Assembly (NCBI GenBank): GCA_035193785.1
Contig: CP136572.1
Coordinates: 672,001 to 736,000, forward strand
Origin: Planktothrix sp. GU0601_MAG3
Lineage (GTDB): Bacteria; Cyanobacteriota; Cyanobacteriia; Cyanobacteriales; Microcoleaceae
Length of the DNA: 64,000 nucleotides
Direction: 5' to 3'
The notes under the pieces are model-generated. The model had not been told where the DNA came from and did no database searches. It saw only the letters and a program-made list of their open reading frames with translations. A program made the position numbers and the translations under genes. Of the stretch, positions 61,107-64,000 are shown piece after piece (the first letter of the stretch is position 1; each line of letters opens with the position of its first letter).

Positions 61107-63383
61107 TTAGTCCGTTAAAGCCGAAGACCGACGGCGACGGCGACGAATAATCGGTTCACCCGGTTGATGATCTGTATCTGATTCTGAGCCATCCTCCGAT
61201 GGTGACTCCTCCTCAGTTTGCGGTACAAAAAATTCTATTGTTGGTTCAGGTTCGGCAATTTTTTCTAGGGTTTCTGGTATTTTTGGCGTTTCCGTTATTT
61301 CTGTTATTTCTGGTATTTCTGGTATTGCCGGTATTTCGGGTTTTTTGGGTTCGAGAATAATCCGTTCAGAAATTGACCGTTCGGGAACAATGCGCTCAGA
61401 AATAACCAGAGGTGGACTTGTCCGCTCGGTCATGCTTCGGTCGAGAATAATCCGTTCAGAAATTGACCGTTCGGGCATCGTTTTTTCCCCCGACCCAATC
61501 GACAACGGCAGGTTTTGTCCTTCGTCGGAGTCTTCATCCATCAGAGTCGTGGGAGAAACCGGGGCTTCCCCGGGAGAGCGAACCGTGACAATTACAGAGC
61601 GAGAATTTTTCACCTGTTCATGGGATAACATTAACGGAGAAATCCCCATCAAAGCATAAACTTCCTGTTCCTCTGGAGTCATTTCCACCGAAATCACCTC
61701 GGTCGGTTCCGCCGAAGGTTTAATAATTTCGGATTTCGTGGGGCGACTGCGTTCACTCAATCCACCTCGTCCTGAGAACCCTTCACTAAATCCCACATCC
61801 GGGCGAGGTTCACCATATTTAACCGTCGGAGACACCCGAACACCAGTGGCGGGGAGTTCTTCCTCTCGCCCTAAAGAATCCATATCCCGAATTCGACGGC
61901 GACGGCGACGGGCATTGCTGGCGCCAATATCCTGATAACTGGGATGGTTGAGCAGTTCTAACTCCTGGAAACCATCGGACGCCTCAAAATCTACAACTTC
62001 CGGTTCCTCGCGGGCAGAGGGCTGTTCATAAACTGGAACTGGACGTAAACTGGGCCGTTCTGAGGTGTCCCCACTGCTCGGCGGTGTAATAATCCGATTG
62101 CTGGGAATAACGACTCGTTCCGGGGTTTCTGCGGGTTCGGGTTCCGGTTCTCCGGGTAACTGAACGATATGGCCTAGGCCTCCACAGGTGGCACAGGTTT
62201 TGCCAAACAACTCATAGATATTTTGGCCCTGGCGTTTGCGGGTTAATTCCACTAACCCTAATTCTGATAATTGGGCAATTTGGGGTCGGGCTTTATCGGC
62301 CTTCAGGACTTTATTAAAATGTTCGAGCACTTGTAATTGGTCGCGGCGGGAATCCATATCAATGAAGTCCACAATAATCACCCCAGCAATATTGCGTAAC
62401 CTCAACTGACGGGCGATTTCGGTGGCGGCTTCGCAATTTGTCCATAACACCGTTTCCCGGGAGGTGGCCGAACGGGTAAAGGAGCCGGAGTTGACATCAA
62501 TCACCGTCAGGGCTTCCGTTGGTTCAATCACAACATAACCGCCCGAAGGTAAATCTACCCTGGGTCTTAAGGCTTCTCGAATGGCTGCATTGGCTCGGAA
62601 ATACTCTAAAATCGGAATTCGTTCCCTGTGGTGGTCAATTAACACCCCTTGGGGAGCTTTCCCCACACTCCAACTCATCAAGTGTTGTTTAACCCGCTTC
62701 ACCCCCGTACTGGTATCGACCACAATTCGGTTCACTTCGGTGCTGTACATATCCCGGAGCACCCGTTGAATAAAATCATTATCTCGATTTAACAAGGCTG
62801 GAGGACGGGAAGATTGGGCCTCCTGTTGCACCAATTCCCATTGCTTTTGTAGGCTTTCCAAATCTTCTAAAATGGCATCCTCGGGCATATCTTCCGCTTC
62901 TGTGCGGACTAATAATCCCATGCCGGCGGGTTTAATTAGAATAGCTAAGGCCCTTAAACGGTTCCTTTCCGTTTCTGAACGAATGCGACGGGATAAATTC
63001 ACCCCTCTGCCATAGGGCATTAAAACCAAATACCGTCCGGGTAAGGAAATATTTCCGGTCAATCGAGGGCCCTTGGTGCCGGTGGGTTCTTTCATCACCT
63101 GCACCAGCACTTTTTGCTGGGGACTTAATAGTTCGGTAATCGAACCGGAACTGCGTTTTAATCTTAATGGCCCGAGGTCAGAAACATGGATAAATCCATT
63201 CCGTTCCGGGTCTCCAATATTGACAAAGGCCGCATCAATCCCTGGTAGGACATTTTCCACGATACCCAGATAAATATCACTAACTTGGTGATTTCCGGTC
63301 GCTACAACCAGTTCTTGAATTTGATCTTCTGAAAAGACAGCAGCGATTCGTTGCTGTTCTGCGATAATAATTTGCTTTGACAT
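61107..63383 (-). CDS. rne: Ribonuclease E/G
   Basis: LPGIDAAFVNIG, KEPTGTKGPRLT, IDVNSG, DFIDM, CxxC, and the cyanobacterial C-terminal RRRRRRSSA. Confidence 0.96.
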   Translation of the reverse strand: MSKQIIIAEQQRIAAVFSEDQIQELVVATGNHQVSDIYLGIVENVLPGIDAAFVNIGDPERNGFIHVSDLGPLRLKRSSGSITELLSPQQKVLVQVMKEPTGTKGPRLTGNISLPGRYLVLMPYGRGVNLSRRIRSETERNRLRALAILIKPAGMGLLVRTEAEDMPEDAILEDLESLQKQWELVQQEAQSSRPPALLNRDNDFIQRVLRDMYSTEVNRIVVDTSTGVKRVKQHLMSWSVGKAPQGVLIDHHRERIPILEYFRANAAIREALRPRVDLPSGGYVVIEPTEALTVIDVNSGSFTRSATSRETVLWTNCEAATEIARQLRLRNIAGVIIVDFIDMDSRRDQLQVLEHFNKVLKADKARPQIAQLSELGLVELTRKRQGQNIYELFGKTCATCGGLGHIVQLPGEPEPEPAETPERVVIPSNRIITPPSSGDTSERPSLRPVPVYEQPSAREEPEVVDFEASDGFQELELLNHPSYQDIGASNARRRRRRIRDMDSLGREEELPATGVRVSPTVKYGEPRPDVGFSEGFSGRGGLSERSRPTKSEIIKPSAEPTEVISVEMTPEEQEVYALMGISPLMLSHEQVKNSRSVIVTVRSPGEAPVSPTTLMDEDSDEGQNLPLSIGSGEKTMPERSISERIILDRSMTERTSPPLVISERIVPERSISERIILEPKKPEIPAIPEIPEITEITETPKIPETLEKIAEPEPTIEFFVPQTEEESPSEDGSESDTDHQPGEPIIRRRRRRSSALTD

Positions 63384-64000
63384 TCAATTCCCTCAAAACT
63401 TAGCAATATTGAAAGCACCTACGTTGCGTGTACCTGGCAATATTGACGTGATTAATTAATCCATTAACTCGAATTTTCGCCGACTAGGAAGACACCAAAG
63501 ACACAGAAGTCAACGGGCAAACCGCAAGAGGGAATCAGGTTTTGATTGTTTAAAATCAACGGTTAACAAACACTCAAATTTAACATCCAAAATCCATCAA
63601 CTGTAAGCCTTCAACGGTTATGGAAAAATGAAATTATGGAGGTTATTTGTTATCCATCTGCCTTCATCATGATTCTATCTGGTGCAATACTTGGGTTTAA
63701 CAGGGGTTGACCTCTTGACTAACTCACCAATATAGTATCCGTATCTACGAAAATCTTGGAGACTACAGTTTAGATCGCACATTCTAAACTAGATGATCTC
63801 TCCTGCCACTCCCTTCAATGGACTTAAATCTAGCCATGGAAGTGTGTTTCTTTCCTTATGGTATCAAGACAGATGCCAAACAAAGTTTTTTTCGCTACCT
63901 TCTTAGGTGTGATTTTCAGCAACATTAGGGCTTGGTGGATTTTCCAACCGCCTGATCAACAGGTGCGCTACCAGTTGAGAGCTTACATTGACCTTAAGGT

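Noticed and set aside
63384..64000. Gene or ncRNA upstream of rne
   Set aside because: No supported ORF or recognisable RNA motif; probably rne promoter/5' UTR and intergenic DNA.

Overview
This is a 64-kb chromosomal window from a filamentous cyanobacterium (Oscillatoriales, Planktothrix-like by inference), judged from psbD, ycf3, a bilin lyase, HIP1 GCGATCGC sites, heptamer tandem repeats and GTAG-type REP palindromes. It holds two glycosylation blocks (1-19 kb and 27-34 kb: methyltransferases, GT2/GT4, WbsX/GH99-like, gmd, four TPR-GT61 genes). It also has the rimP-nusA-ylxR-infB operon, SDR-ycf3-gatC-psbD, an MBL nuclease, puuE, sbcC, two Uma2 genes, proB and rne. A co-oriented signalling block runs coiled-coil protein, longin/roadblock-like-TM-BON-OmpA protein, Rab-like GTPase, diguanylate cyclase, adenylate cyclase, HetZ-related regulator. 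The strongest hidden signal is that all 33 frameshifts I could resolve are an extra A/T inside GAAC/GTTC, never closer than ~760 bp. I infer these are sequencing errors at chemically modified DNA, and GAAC/GTTC is the known Dnd phosphorothioate motif. Gene coordinates below are therefore given for the reconstructed genes. Other highlights are a candidate structured 5' leader with an anti-Shine-Dalgarno switch upstream of the SDR gene and an unannotated ATL pseudogene.
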